Origin: Bugula neritina
Taxonomy: Eukaryota > Animalia > Bryozoa
Reading direction: 5' to 3'
Assembly: GCA_964035545.1 (NCBI GenBank)
Contig: OZ037765.1
Span: 23,311,504-23,375,503, forward strand
Length of the DNA stretch: 64,000 bases
Translations under genes and position numbers: made by a program
In this document: piece after piece, positions 40,601-51,034 of the stretch
Layout: every line of letters starts with the position of its first letter
Position numbering within the stretch: position 1 is the stretch's first letter
Notes under the pieces: generated by a model
Seen by the model: only the letters and a program-made list of their open reading frames with translations
The model's database searches: none
What the model was told of the DNA's origin: nothing

Positions 40601-42313
40601 TTAAAATATTTCTCGGAACTTCATTTCTGTTGTTTTCAGGGAATAATAAAATCCTTTCCAGGCTTCCCATTCCACACCATCAGCAAAGGAACTGTGAGTA
40701 CCATTTAAGTACTTGCCATTCAAATTAGACCTGTGACATTTGTTATACCACCAAGCACCGTGAAAGGCTACTGCACAGTGATCACTTCTAGCGTCGTTGT
40801 CATTATCAATCGTTGAAAATCTATATCCATTGTGGTAGGCCAAACTGTCTCCTAAAAATAGGTAATGCTGTAGTTTAATATCATAACTAGTATATGAATG
40901 TGTAATTTTGAAGGTCTATAGTGTAAAATTTTGGCCAAACATGTAGTAAGCCATGCAATGTAAACACTGTAAAACAAACTATTATAATCATACATTAGTT
41001 TGAAGATGTATTTAACCTGGCTAATTTATATTAAATTATCAGCAACTCATTAAGCAAGTTTCATCAAAAAGTCCACAAAATGATTACCTTATTTCAGAGC
41101 AAAATTGATATACTATAGGTGTTATTACAGTGCTTATGTGCTGGATTTAACTACAAATTGCTATGAAGTTTTTTAAATTATTGGCTACAAACAAATTTTT
41201 AATTAAATTATGTCAAAGATTAATCAGCATTCGAGATAAAACATTATATTAAAGATAATCTACAACTATTAAAAATAGCATGCACAAGCATTAAGTGAGT
41301 AGGTAGCAATTGGTAGCAGTATTTACTTTCAATAAAGACCCACCTGCTGTCCCAGAATAGCCAGACACTGCAAGTTTATATTCAGTGGATGAGTCACCAA
41401 CATTGAAACTGCTATACCTCGCGTAGGCTGTTTCATCATCAAGACTTTCAAGGTCAACTCTCAACTCATGATTGCCATTGACTTGCAGAGCAGCTACCAG
41501 GTTGTCATTTCCTAGCCAGAACTCTCAGGTTAAACTACCAAATCCTAGTTTGTAGTCGGCCCACTTTTTGTAGAAATCAACTGAACCATCCATTCTCCGT
41601 TGGAATACCTATCATATGCATTGAAACCGGTATTTATTCATATTTAGGCAGCTGCAAGTTATTAAGAAAGTTAATGTGAACAGTTTTTTGTGTCAAGTAG
41701 CATTAATTATAAAGTAAGTTACTGTTTAATATGCTATGTATATTGAAACATGTATAAGAACCTGGTTCTGGTATATCAAATATAAGAATATAAATAAACT
41801 ATTAAAAATGTTCAATAGAAAGTTCCGCATTCTGGAATCGAGTACTATAGCTCATTGTTATATGAACCACTCTAATACATAGAAGTTATTTACAATTAGT
41901 ACAATGATACTCACAATCCATCCACCTCCATCAGTTTTCTGGTCACAGACGACATCGATTGAAGAGTCAGCATGTCCTGTAGGGTAGATTGTGTAAACAC
42001 CAGTCTCATTATGACCAAGACACAGCAAATCTAAGCATGATGTAGGTTTACAGAGAGTTTTCGTCTTCAGTCTCTCATAGCAATACTCTTCCACCTCACA
42101 TTCCAGCTGTAAACACAATGGGCCACAGTATTATACTAAAGTTAGTAGCAGAAGATTATTCTCAAAACGTACTTTTATTTATTTAAAGAATTGCAACTTT
42201 GTGTTTTAATTAACTTCCTATATAAGTAAGTAATAACTAGTATAACTCTGTAATATACTTACCGCTTGAAGAGAAGTTGCTAACAAAAGTGTAAATAAAA
42301 TATACACTTGCAT
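40601..42313 (-). pseudogene. Gene E: fibrinogen-related gene with a single nonsense mutation (near-identical twin of F)
   Basis: Exons 42313-42263, 42106-41915, 41608-41344 and 40851-40601. In-frame TGA at 41525-41527 where F has GGA. The exon-3 donor is GTGGGT versus GTGAGT in F. Confidence 0.88.
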
Positions 42314-42437
42314 ATTTCCAGTGATTTCTATGCAGTAAACTACAAGAACATAAAGTTCTACAGCACAGACTCAAGTGTAGAATACAGGGAACTCTTTGGT
42401 TTATATACTTTTTGCCAGCCAATCAAATTCAATTGTA

Positions 42438-43534
42438 AGGGTAAGGGGGGCACAGCAATCATAAGGGGACAAAAAGCCGGTCAAATTGTGAGAGAATTTA
42501 TTTACTTAGAGCTGTGATCTTTTCTCTAATAAAAAGGCAAAGACATAATTATTCAGCCATTATATTTTCAACACTTGCAGAGCATACATGTTGAAGAAGC
42601 AAGTCAAAAACTGTTTTTACCTACATTTTGTAAATTTTTTAAGATGTCATTAAAGCTTTATAAATTTTTACACTCAAAGGTGACAAGCCTTGTTTTTACT
42701 GATATTGTTGCCATTTCTTGTCTCTACATTGCTTAACTAGTATAATAGCAAAGTCTATAATAAATTTTCCTTGAGCCACATTTATTTTCAATTTGGCCAC
42801 GTACGGGGCACAAAGGGCCATGCTGATCGGGGCACAATGGGCCACTTGACCATTGCACCCTGATCTATATCATTGAGGGAATATACGTGTATTTGACTAA
42901 AATAAATTGTGATTTGCTCATTTCCTCTCCCCCCCCCCCTCATTCCGCACTCCAGCCATAAACCTCAGCCACCTTACCAACAGTTCATATAGAAAAAAGT
43001 CCACTCGGAACTTTGTAGCACATGTTACTAAAGTTTTTTCTGATAAAAGCTCCTGTGAAGTGGAAATAGAAAAAACATTTTTAGTTCCAAACAGTAAGAA
43101 TAATGACACCGTAGAGATGAGTGGTGCGCGTTTGATTTTGCCTCCCCATGTTATCTGTGGTGGCACAAACTGTGCAGCTAAAACATGATTCTTGCTGTAG
43201 ATCTGAAAGAATATTTTTATTTACTTGTGTATATTAAACAAATAAAAATCTGATGCAACCAAATCAGCAAAGTTTTAATATATTTGTTGTGTCCCACCCA
43301 GCATGGCCCATTGTACCCCGGTGCTAGGGCACAATTGGCCAATTTTTTGTTATAAAAATTTCGTTATTCTGAAGGTTGGGAAAGAGATAAAACAACAAAC
43401 TCATACCTATAATAGACAACTGGTGCAGCATTTTGACTAAAGATTATTGAACTTGTAACTTGAAAACAGACAAATGAGAGCAAAGAATTCAAATTTCAAC
43501 TTATATAATGCTCCCCCCCCCCCCCCCTTACTCC
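42438..43534. mobile_element. pogo/Tc1-mariner-like non-autonomous DNA transposon inserted in the gene E promoter
   Basis: TA duplication at 42436-37 and 43535-36. Termini AGGGTAAGGGGGG / CCCCCCTTACTCC. Internal GGGCACAAWKGGCCA repeats occur in both orientations. Absent upstream of F. Confidence 0.8.
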
Positions 43535-45220
43535 TATTTGCTATTGAACAATCCAGAGTAAAGAAATTCTTTTGAAAACAAGCATTATATATTTTTGATT
43601 ATCCATTTTATACTCTAAAATTAAAATCATATACATCAAACATGTAGAATGAATTATTTTTACATTTCAGTTATCAGTTCGGCACTTTTTACTAAATGAT
43701 CTATTAAAATCACATATGGGTGTATTTTGCTTGTGTTTCAAATTAAATCTTTTATTGTCGAAGATATATTCATGCAGTCAATTATTATATTAGTGAAATA
43801 GTAACTCTATTTTAGGACCAGATATGCACTTTCTATGTTGTTTTATATAGCTAAAAATAAAATAAGTAACATAATATACTAACTATTTAATACTTGAAAT
43901 TGAATAATTTTTTCTGTAGCTTTAAATTTAATTTCTTGAAGATATCTGAGTTCAAAGGTTTTTAAAAAAAAATACTCCAGTTAAAAATCTTTGCATATTT
44001 ATAATCTATTAGGAGAACTTTTTATTCTAAAGTAAAACAAGTCTTTCAATTCAGTCACTATAGATACGTTTTATTTTACTCCAAGTCTTATGTGTTACTG
44101 GATTCACAACTTTATGTACAAATATGTTAAGTAGCTATCTTAATCACAAAAAATGTTAGCTAGTGAACTTATTCATATATTAAACATATATTTTATTCTT
44201 GATCAAATTTTCAAAAGTTATATAAAAATCACGCATGAGTTTAACTAATTGTACATGTACCAGTATTTCAATCTTATATGGTCTAATAAATAACATTAAG
44301 TTTCAAGTGCAATATCTATTCTTGGTAGTTTATGACAAGTGACAAGTAATAAATAACATACAATGTGCTGGTATATAACAGTAGACGCATTCCAAATAAA
44401 ACTGTCAAAATAGCAAAGAATTATATAGAATATAATTCATGATTGCTATATCAGGGTTGGTCACCATGCCCACCCCATGGCCATCTTATATAATATAGTG
44501 ATTATTATCCTAGCTACCCCAGACATTGCTGTTTTGAACATGAGGCCTATTTATGGTATTGAGAAAAACAGAATTATTTATATTGACATATGATGGTACA
44601 GGTATATTCTAAGTGCTTGAATGACATTCATATTATTATAACTTTTTATAATGATATGAATGGTAAACAACTATATATTTAATAAATCAGCTTATTATAT
44701 TTGAGACACAACAGCATGTTTATGAGTTCATGTTATGTACGTGATTATGTCAGCTATGAAGAACAATGAAAAGATGTAACACAACAGTAGAAGCCTGGTT
44801 TTAGTATTTCAAGCAAAATTCGTTTATAGTAAAACAAATACTTTTGCATATAGTTATACCTCTACAAAACTTATGCGGCACCTACATATATAATAGCACA
44901 GTTTAAAACATTTAGAAAATAATTTTAATTATTTACTCGATTTTACATAAAATGTTCAAATAGTCCTGGCTTTCCTATATTGTTAAAGCTATATAGACCT
45001 ATAGGTTTGATTCAAATGCAATATTTTTATATAAAGTTATAAAATCAGTAAAACATGATGCTTAAAGCAATCAAAATGCGCCTGATGATTGAATTGAATG
45101 ATTTGCTGTACTAGAAAAAACTTCCACTAATAAATAATATAAATTATTATATATGCAAGGATTTTTACTGAATTGTTTTACCAAAGTTATAATATTTCAA
45201 GTTCATTATGTAAAGACTTT

Positions 45221-45461
45221 ATGTGGAATTATTAGCAGCATCATGATGATGATAATATAGGTATGTGTTCTGGCATTCTGAAGTTCTGAAAACTTGCTCT
45301 TGTGCCCTGCTTCTCTTTTGTAAGGAGGGAGCATGTAAGATGATCCGATGTTGACAAGCTACAAGCTAGCAGGTACTAAAGCTACTGACCAGTGATGGCC
45401 AAAGGAAAGCCAACACAAAACACTCAGGAGCTGGAGCTTAGCCTGGTAGGTTAATATTACA
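45221..45461 (+). mobile_element. 3' fragment (UTR, PPT, LTR 45334-45461) of the Gag-protease LTR family
   Basis: Reverse-complement match to 47061-47290; absent from the paralogous site at about 61900. Confidence 0.88.
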
Positions 45462-45624
45462 CTTTTTTTTAAATTTTAACTTAAAAATAAATTTTCTCCA
45501 TTGCATTTGTGATAATATATTATTTATATTTTCATCTTCGATATACTGAAACAATTTTCTTATGAAAAGTAATTTTTCATCAAACAAAATAAACAGTAAC
45601 TTACTTTGTGAAAGAACTCATATA

Positions 45625-45819
45625 CCGGCCATCCTAGTGAGAACCCCTGATGGAAAGGGTCTTTTCAATTAGGCTAAGGACTTTTTTCAATTATTTTGGC
45701 ATTAAGGAGCAATTATGGTTGAAAGCCTTTCTTAACATCATCAATAGCCTTCATTAGGGATTGCACCACTGACCTCATGTTACTTAGCCAGTTCTCTAAC
45801 CTCTAAACCACAGCTGCTC
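45625..45819 (-). mobile_element. tRNA-derived SINE, degenerate
   Basis: Homologous to 27535-27722 (GTGAGAA.CCCCTGATGGAA...CTCTAACC..TA.ACCAC.GCTGCT). Confidence 0.7.
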
Positions 45820-47060
45820 CCTACTTTGTATATATAAATATTTTTTGCCTTAAATTCCTTAATTAATTTGTATATAGATGACATGTTAGCTGCCAAAAGG
45901 CAATTCTCACTTTCAATGTGTTGTAGGTGCGCCAAAGAAGATTGGATGGTTCAGTTGATTTCTACAGAAACTGGTACAACTACAGACTAGGCTTTGGTAA
46001 TCTGAATGGAGAGTTCTGCCTTGAAAATGACAATCTGGTGGCTGCTCTGCAAGCCAATACCAACAATGAGTTGAGGTTTGAACTTGAAAGCACTACTAAT
46101 GAACAAGCCTATGCTAAGTATAGCAGCTTCAATGTTGGTGATGAATCTACTAAATACACACTCTCAGTGTCTGGCTATGCTGGGACAGCAGTTGGACTCC
46201 ATTGGAAGTAAAATGTATCAATAATTAATAAATATCACCAAATCACCTAATGCTAATGCATGTTATGTCCAATAGTTGCTGATTATATTCAAACCACTGC
46301 AGTATATCATAATTTCTGGTAATGCTTGTATCGGGTTTGTGACAGTGTCTGGGTGACTTAGATCGTGATGCACTTTATCTATATTAACCAACTTGGCGAC
46401 AGGTTAAGTTTATTGGCTCTCAAATCGTACCAATATTGATGTACAGATAAGAATCTTTTTCATCATAATGTCAAAACCGATGGTCTATTCAGAGTGTAAA
46501 TGTTGGAGTATAAGACTGTGTGCTCATATAATGTTATAGCAAATATAGTGAGCTGTCTATTGGAAGAGGGCAGTTAATAAATGTTTCTCTGTGGCTGCTT
46601 GATTAGAGCACACTGACCTGTGCAGTGCAGTGAATTATAGCACCAGCACTGCCGGTTATGAATAGCTTTTGATGAATGTATTAAAGCAAGAAAGCTTCAA
46701 CTATTGGTGGCATACCAATACAATGCTCATTAACGATTAGAATTAATTTTGTAAATTTTTGGTTATGAATTCACAGAATTCAATTAAAATTTTGTTTTTT
46801 TCTATAGCCAATGATTTGAAAACTTTATAACAATTTGTTCGGTAACATACAATATCACAACTGGAGTACCACCAATATATCTTACTATAAATCCAGCTCT
46901 TTTACAAAATAATCTTTTAAAATTTGCCTAATATTAGTGCATATTATAGAGCAGGTTAAGTTTATTTTCAGCCTATAGTGACTAGTCTGTATTAAAAGCT
47001 TTACATAGTATGGCTAATTAAATATTTGGCCAACATTTTAGGTTTATAAACCCTCAAAAT

Positions 47061-49707
47061 TGTAGTGTTAACCTACCAGGCTAAGCTCCAGCTCCAGAGT
47101 GTTCCTTGTTGGCTTTTCTTCGGCTATCACTTGTCAGTAGCTTTAGTACTTGCTAGCTTGTAGCTTGTCAACATCGGATCATCTTACATGCTCCCTCCTT
47201 ACAAAAGAGAAGCAGGGCACAAGAGCACTTTTTCAGAATGCCAGAACACATATCTATATTATCATCATCATGATGCTAATAATTCCACATGCCCTTTTCT
47301 TTTAAAACAAAACAAAACTAGCTTTCAACTAATGCCCTTGAATACTTAAACTTATTATGAAGTGGTTCAAAGTGGCTCAGTCCTAGATGTCGAATCCCAC
47401 CTCCTCGCATTGCTAGCACTGTTGGGAAGAACAATGCCAAATTCGACATTTATCATATTATCTGCAAGTGAAGTAGCAGCAAGGGTCAAGGCTGACTTTT
47501 CTTGCTAGCTTGCAGAGTCTTCTATGAGTTAAACTAAGGAGCTCACAGGAGCAGACAACATTAGTGGCAATGTTGATGATGTCATGTCTGTACTGAGGTC
47601 AAACCTCACATTTATCATATTATCTGAAAGTGAGATGTCGAGGGTCTGCATATAGACTACACTCGGCTCACACCCCGTGAAGCAACAGCGAGGGTCACAA
47701 CTGACTTCTCTCGTCGGCTTACAGAGTCTTCCATGAGTTAAACTCACGGGAGCAGACAACATTATTGGTAACTGCTTCTGCCTGTCATTCCATAGTATTC
47801 CACTGCAATAATGTGTTTATATCATTACAGTGAACATCAACACACTTTTCCATATCTACAACACACATGTATCATTTTATATCAACATTGTAGATCCAGC
47901 AATTTTAACCTAGTAATATCAGCTATACCAAGCAAATTTTCAGTAGAGTTTGCCAATACATAAATCTTGGTATCCACAAATCTGTTGAAGTCGCCGATGC
48001 AAACCTTAGCCCTGCCTAGCACATTCACCAAAGACTTATCAACACCTGTAATATGCTTATCTGGTTCTTTTAATTTAATGTTCAACTTTTCTGCAGTAGC
48101 CTCAGTAAGTGTAGAAACTTCAGACCCAGTATCTAGCAAGAATTCTACACGTCTACCACTAACTAGTAAAGTCCTTGTTATTTTAGGACTGACATTGTGA
48201 TTATAAGTCACATCACTCTTTTTAAAAAACTTCACTGATTTTAGGGAGTCCATAACTCCAATCCTGTTTTCTCTTTGTTCCACATATCTCTTTTTGTGAT
48301 GGTATCTTTCGTTATCAGAACAATCTTGAGCAATGTGGCCGAATTCCTTGCACATGTAGCAACGGGTTTTAGGGCAGTTTCTCACATAATGTCCTGTACG
48401 GTCACATCTAAAGCATCTGCCATGACTTTTGTAAGCATTTTGCGATTTATAGCTACAATGTTGATATGAATTACATGCCTCTTTTTTCTTTGAAAAAGAG
48501 TTGTCTCTATTGATAGAAGTTATCTTATCATAATTAGATCTATGTAGGACTTTATCTCTTTTCTTACAATGTTCTGAGTTACCATTAGCTTGGTAAGAAT
48601 ATGTGAGTCTACCAATTGACTGTTCATCTATGCATTCATTGTTTATTGCATTTAAAGCATCCTCAGAAAGTTTACTTAAATGTGCAGCACGACTTTTTCT
48701 TTTCAGCTGTTCCCAGCTGAGGTTAGCATGCTGCAACAAATGTCTACGTAATCCTGTATTTCTTAGACCATTAACTGCTAGTGCAACTGCAAATCCCATT
48801 CTAACATCATCATTATTGCCAAAGTGTATTGCTCTACTTAGCTTCTCAACTCTTAGCAAATAATCAATTTCGTTTTCTCCACAAGCTTGGGTCACAGTGA
48901 CAAATCTCATGGTTTTCACATAAAATGTATCATCTCTATCATAGTGAGATTGCAGTAAGTCTAAGGCTAACTCATATCCATCATCAGAGTTATTATTTAA
49001 ATCAAAACCTAATGACTGTAAAGTATCAAGACCTTCTGGCCCTACAGCTCCTAACAGAGCTAAAAGCTTTCTCCTACCTCTAAATCTGCTAACCTGTTCA
49101 TCCCCTACTACTTCAAACCCTGCATTAAGGGAAGTAACTTCTATACTCAATTTAAATTGAATGAGCCATGAGTTCCAAGATTTGGTTATGTTGCTTTCAT
49201 CCAACTTTAATTTAGGAAAAGCATTAAGGTCTAATTTGATGTCTTCATGAGCCATACTACACTTAAGCAGGTTTAATAGAGTAAATAAAACAATTTAATT
49301 TTAAGCAGCTATCTTGTGATTATGCACTGTACTCTCAGTTTCAACCCCTGGGCATCCGTGTCTCTTTAAATTTAATTCTCAGTTCCTTTCGCCGGCACTC
49401 TTATTCTGAATCTATTAGTATTATTTATAAATTGCTCAAAAGTCAACACTCACCACCTTTCTCAACAAGCCTCTCAACTCTTTTTCCCAAATATAAACCT
49501 CTGAAGTCTAGTGAACTCTACACAACACACTTCTCTTTTTTGTAACTCTTGTCTCCTCAATATCCTGCCGACTGCGCCATGTAGTGTTAACCTACCAGGC
49601 TAAGCTCCAGCTCCAGAGTGTTCCTTGTTGGCTTTTCTTCGGCTATCACTTGTCAGTAGCTTTAGTACTTGCTAGCTTGTAGCTTGTCAACATCAGATCA
49701 TCTTACA
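47061..49707 (-). mobile_element. Non-autonomous Gag-protease LTR retroelement, copy 2 (complete, 2647 bp)
   Basis: 128-bp LTRs at 47061-47188 and 49580-49707 (one mismatch seen), TG...CA ends, 5-bp TSD AAAAT. 18-nt PBS TGGCGCAGTCGGCAGGAT (tRNA-Ser-like) and PPT AAGGAGGGAG. Confidence 0.95.
47882..49255 (-). CDS. Gag-aspartic protease polyprotein (457 aa) of LTR element copy 2
   Basis: Same domains as 24637-26010; 8 amino-acid differences and no indels. Confidence 0.9.
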   Translation of the reverse strand: MAHEDIKLDLNAFPKLKLDESNITKSWNSWLIQFKLSIEVTSLNAGFEVVGDEQVSRFRGRRKLLALLGAVGPEGLDTLQSLGFDLNNNSDDGYELALDLLQSHYDRDDTFYVKTMRFVTVTQACGENEIDYLLRVEKLSRAIHFGNNDDVRMGFAVALAVNGLRNTGLRRHLLQHANLSWEQLKRKSRAAHLSKLSEDALNAINNECIDEQSIGRLTYSYQANGNSEHCKKRDKVLHRSNYDKITSINRDNSFSKKKEACNSYQHCSYKSQNAYKSHGRCFRCDRTGHYVRNCPKTRCYMCKEFGHIAQDCSDNERYHHKKRYVEQRENRIGVMDSLKSVKFFKKSDVTYNHNVSPKITRTLLVSGRRVEFLLDTGSEVSTLTEATAEKLNIKLKEPDKHITGVDKSLVNVLGRAKVCIGDFNRFVDTKIYVLANSTENLLGIADITRLKLLDLQC

Positions 49708-49881
49708 AAAATAACTTTTGTGGCTCGAGTTGATATAAATACAAAATATTGATTTTTTCCGGAGACATCCTACTATATCACAATGAATATAAATTTTCAA
49801 CAAATGATTGTGACAACGTAAATAAATTTTCTTGGCTAATTATTGTTTTTTTCACACAACTATGAGAAACCCATTTAGGAT

Positions 49882-50240
49882 ATGCATCGAATTTTGATCA
49901 ACTCAAAATCGTATGAACACCTCATGGACCAGCCCACTACATCAGTTACCACCAGGTCTCAGTCAAACGGCATGCCCACCACTTTCAGGACTAACACCTC
50001 ACTATTTCATAACAGCTTCCTACCCAGAACGACACTTGATATGAAAATAACATCAAATGCTGCTCACGGACAGGTCTCACAAGGCCCTGTACTGACACCA
50101 AAGTCCTAAAACAGAACTGCACTTATGTGATAAAAGTATTAACTACATTTAATAATTCTGTTCACCAAACGAGGCTTACACTAATTTAGTGGTCTAACAT
50201 GATTGCATCTTCAAGTAAGTCAAGTAAGCAAGTAAGCAAA
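49882..50240 (+). mobile_element. 5'-truncated LINE 3' end with microsatellite tail
   Basis: FRTNTSLFHNSFLPRT resembles a LINE ORF2 C-terminus; the element ends in a (CAAGTAAG)3-like tail at 50212-50239. Confidence 0.65.
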
Positions 50241-50665
50241 TTCATATAATTTAAGAATTTTCTAGCTCAATTCATGATGAAGTACATTGGTGATTAATAA
50301 AATACAGTTTGCACTCACTACTCAGTATAGCATAACCACTTTTGTATACGACTAATGAAATTCACATTTCATCGAGTTATATTTTCAAGTTTCTCAACTG
50401 ATAGTAAGATGAAAGCTAACACAGGCACTGGTATAATTTTAACAGTGAATTGAATGCAGTTATATTAATTATTGATAATTTTATTTATAATGAAGTTACA
50501 AAGAAAAACTAGGATTTTACATCATTATTGGGAACTTAAAATCTGACGAACTGAATATGTAGAAACAATCTAAAAGCATTAAGCTGTTGTTGACAGCAAT
50601 AACACAATGCGGAGCATCTTTTAGTTTATGAAGCATATTCGATTTTAAAAATGTCAGAGAAAGAG

Positions 50666-50851
50666 TTAATGACTTTCACCAGCTTTTCCAGCTACTCTCT
50701 TAAAGTCATTCATGTTGGTAGTGCTAACAGGTGTTCCTATGAAAGCTAAATGATCAATTTGGGTGGTCTCTTCTCCCCCTTGGTTATCCTTCACAAACAT
50801 GGTTACAGACTGAACGCTCTGAAACTTTACATACTTCAGATTGATCACAGT
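50666..50851 (-). pseudogene. TXNL1: 3'-terminal fragment of thioredoxin-like protein 1 (PITH-domain C-terminus)
   Basis: [60 protein letters not shown] closely matches the conserved TXNL1 C-terminus. It is cut off at the duplication junction; AATAAA lies downstream at about 50480. Confidence 0.88.
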
Positions 50852-51034
50852 GATTAAGTAGTGTACAGCTGCACCAAGCATGCAAGTTTAAATATATGAG
50901 AAAAAAGGCAAAGACTACTTCATTGTAAAGTGAAGGAATAAAAAACTATACTTTCCTAATGCTTTGAAAAATTCTTTTAAATTGAGCAACAAAACAATGA
51001 AAATATTGATAGGCTAAATATTCATTTTATTAAT

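Larger units (their letters stand above)
45927..49820 (+). pseudogene. Gene G: fibrinogen-related pseudogene (exon 3 45927-46191; exon-4 stub 49762-49820)
   Basis: No exon 1 or 2 was found. EFWLGND is altered to EFCLEND, the splice donor is lost, an LTR element sits in intron 3, and most of exon 4 is deleted relative to H. Confidence 0.85.
38345..50858 (+). repeat. Tandem segmental duplication, unit 1
   Basis: Colinear with 50859-64000: 38345 matches 50859, gene E matches F, gene G matches H, and 49880-49889 matches 63991-64000. The units differ by unit-specific TE insertions. Confidence 0.88.

Noticed and set aside
41525-41527. Selenocysteine or readthrough TGA in gene E
   Set aside because: The position is a conserved Gly in intact paralogues and no SECIS was recognised; a simple nonsense mutation is more parsimonious.
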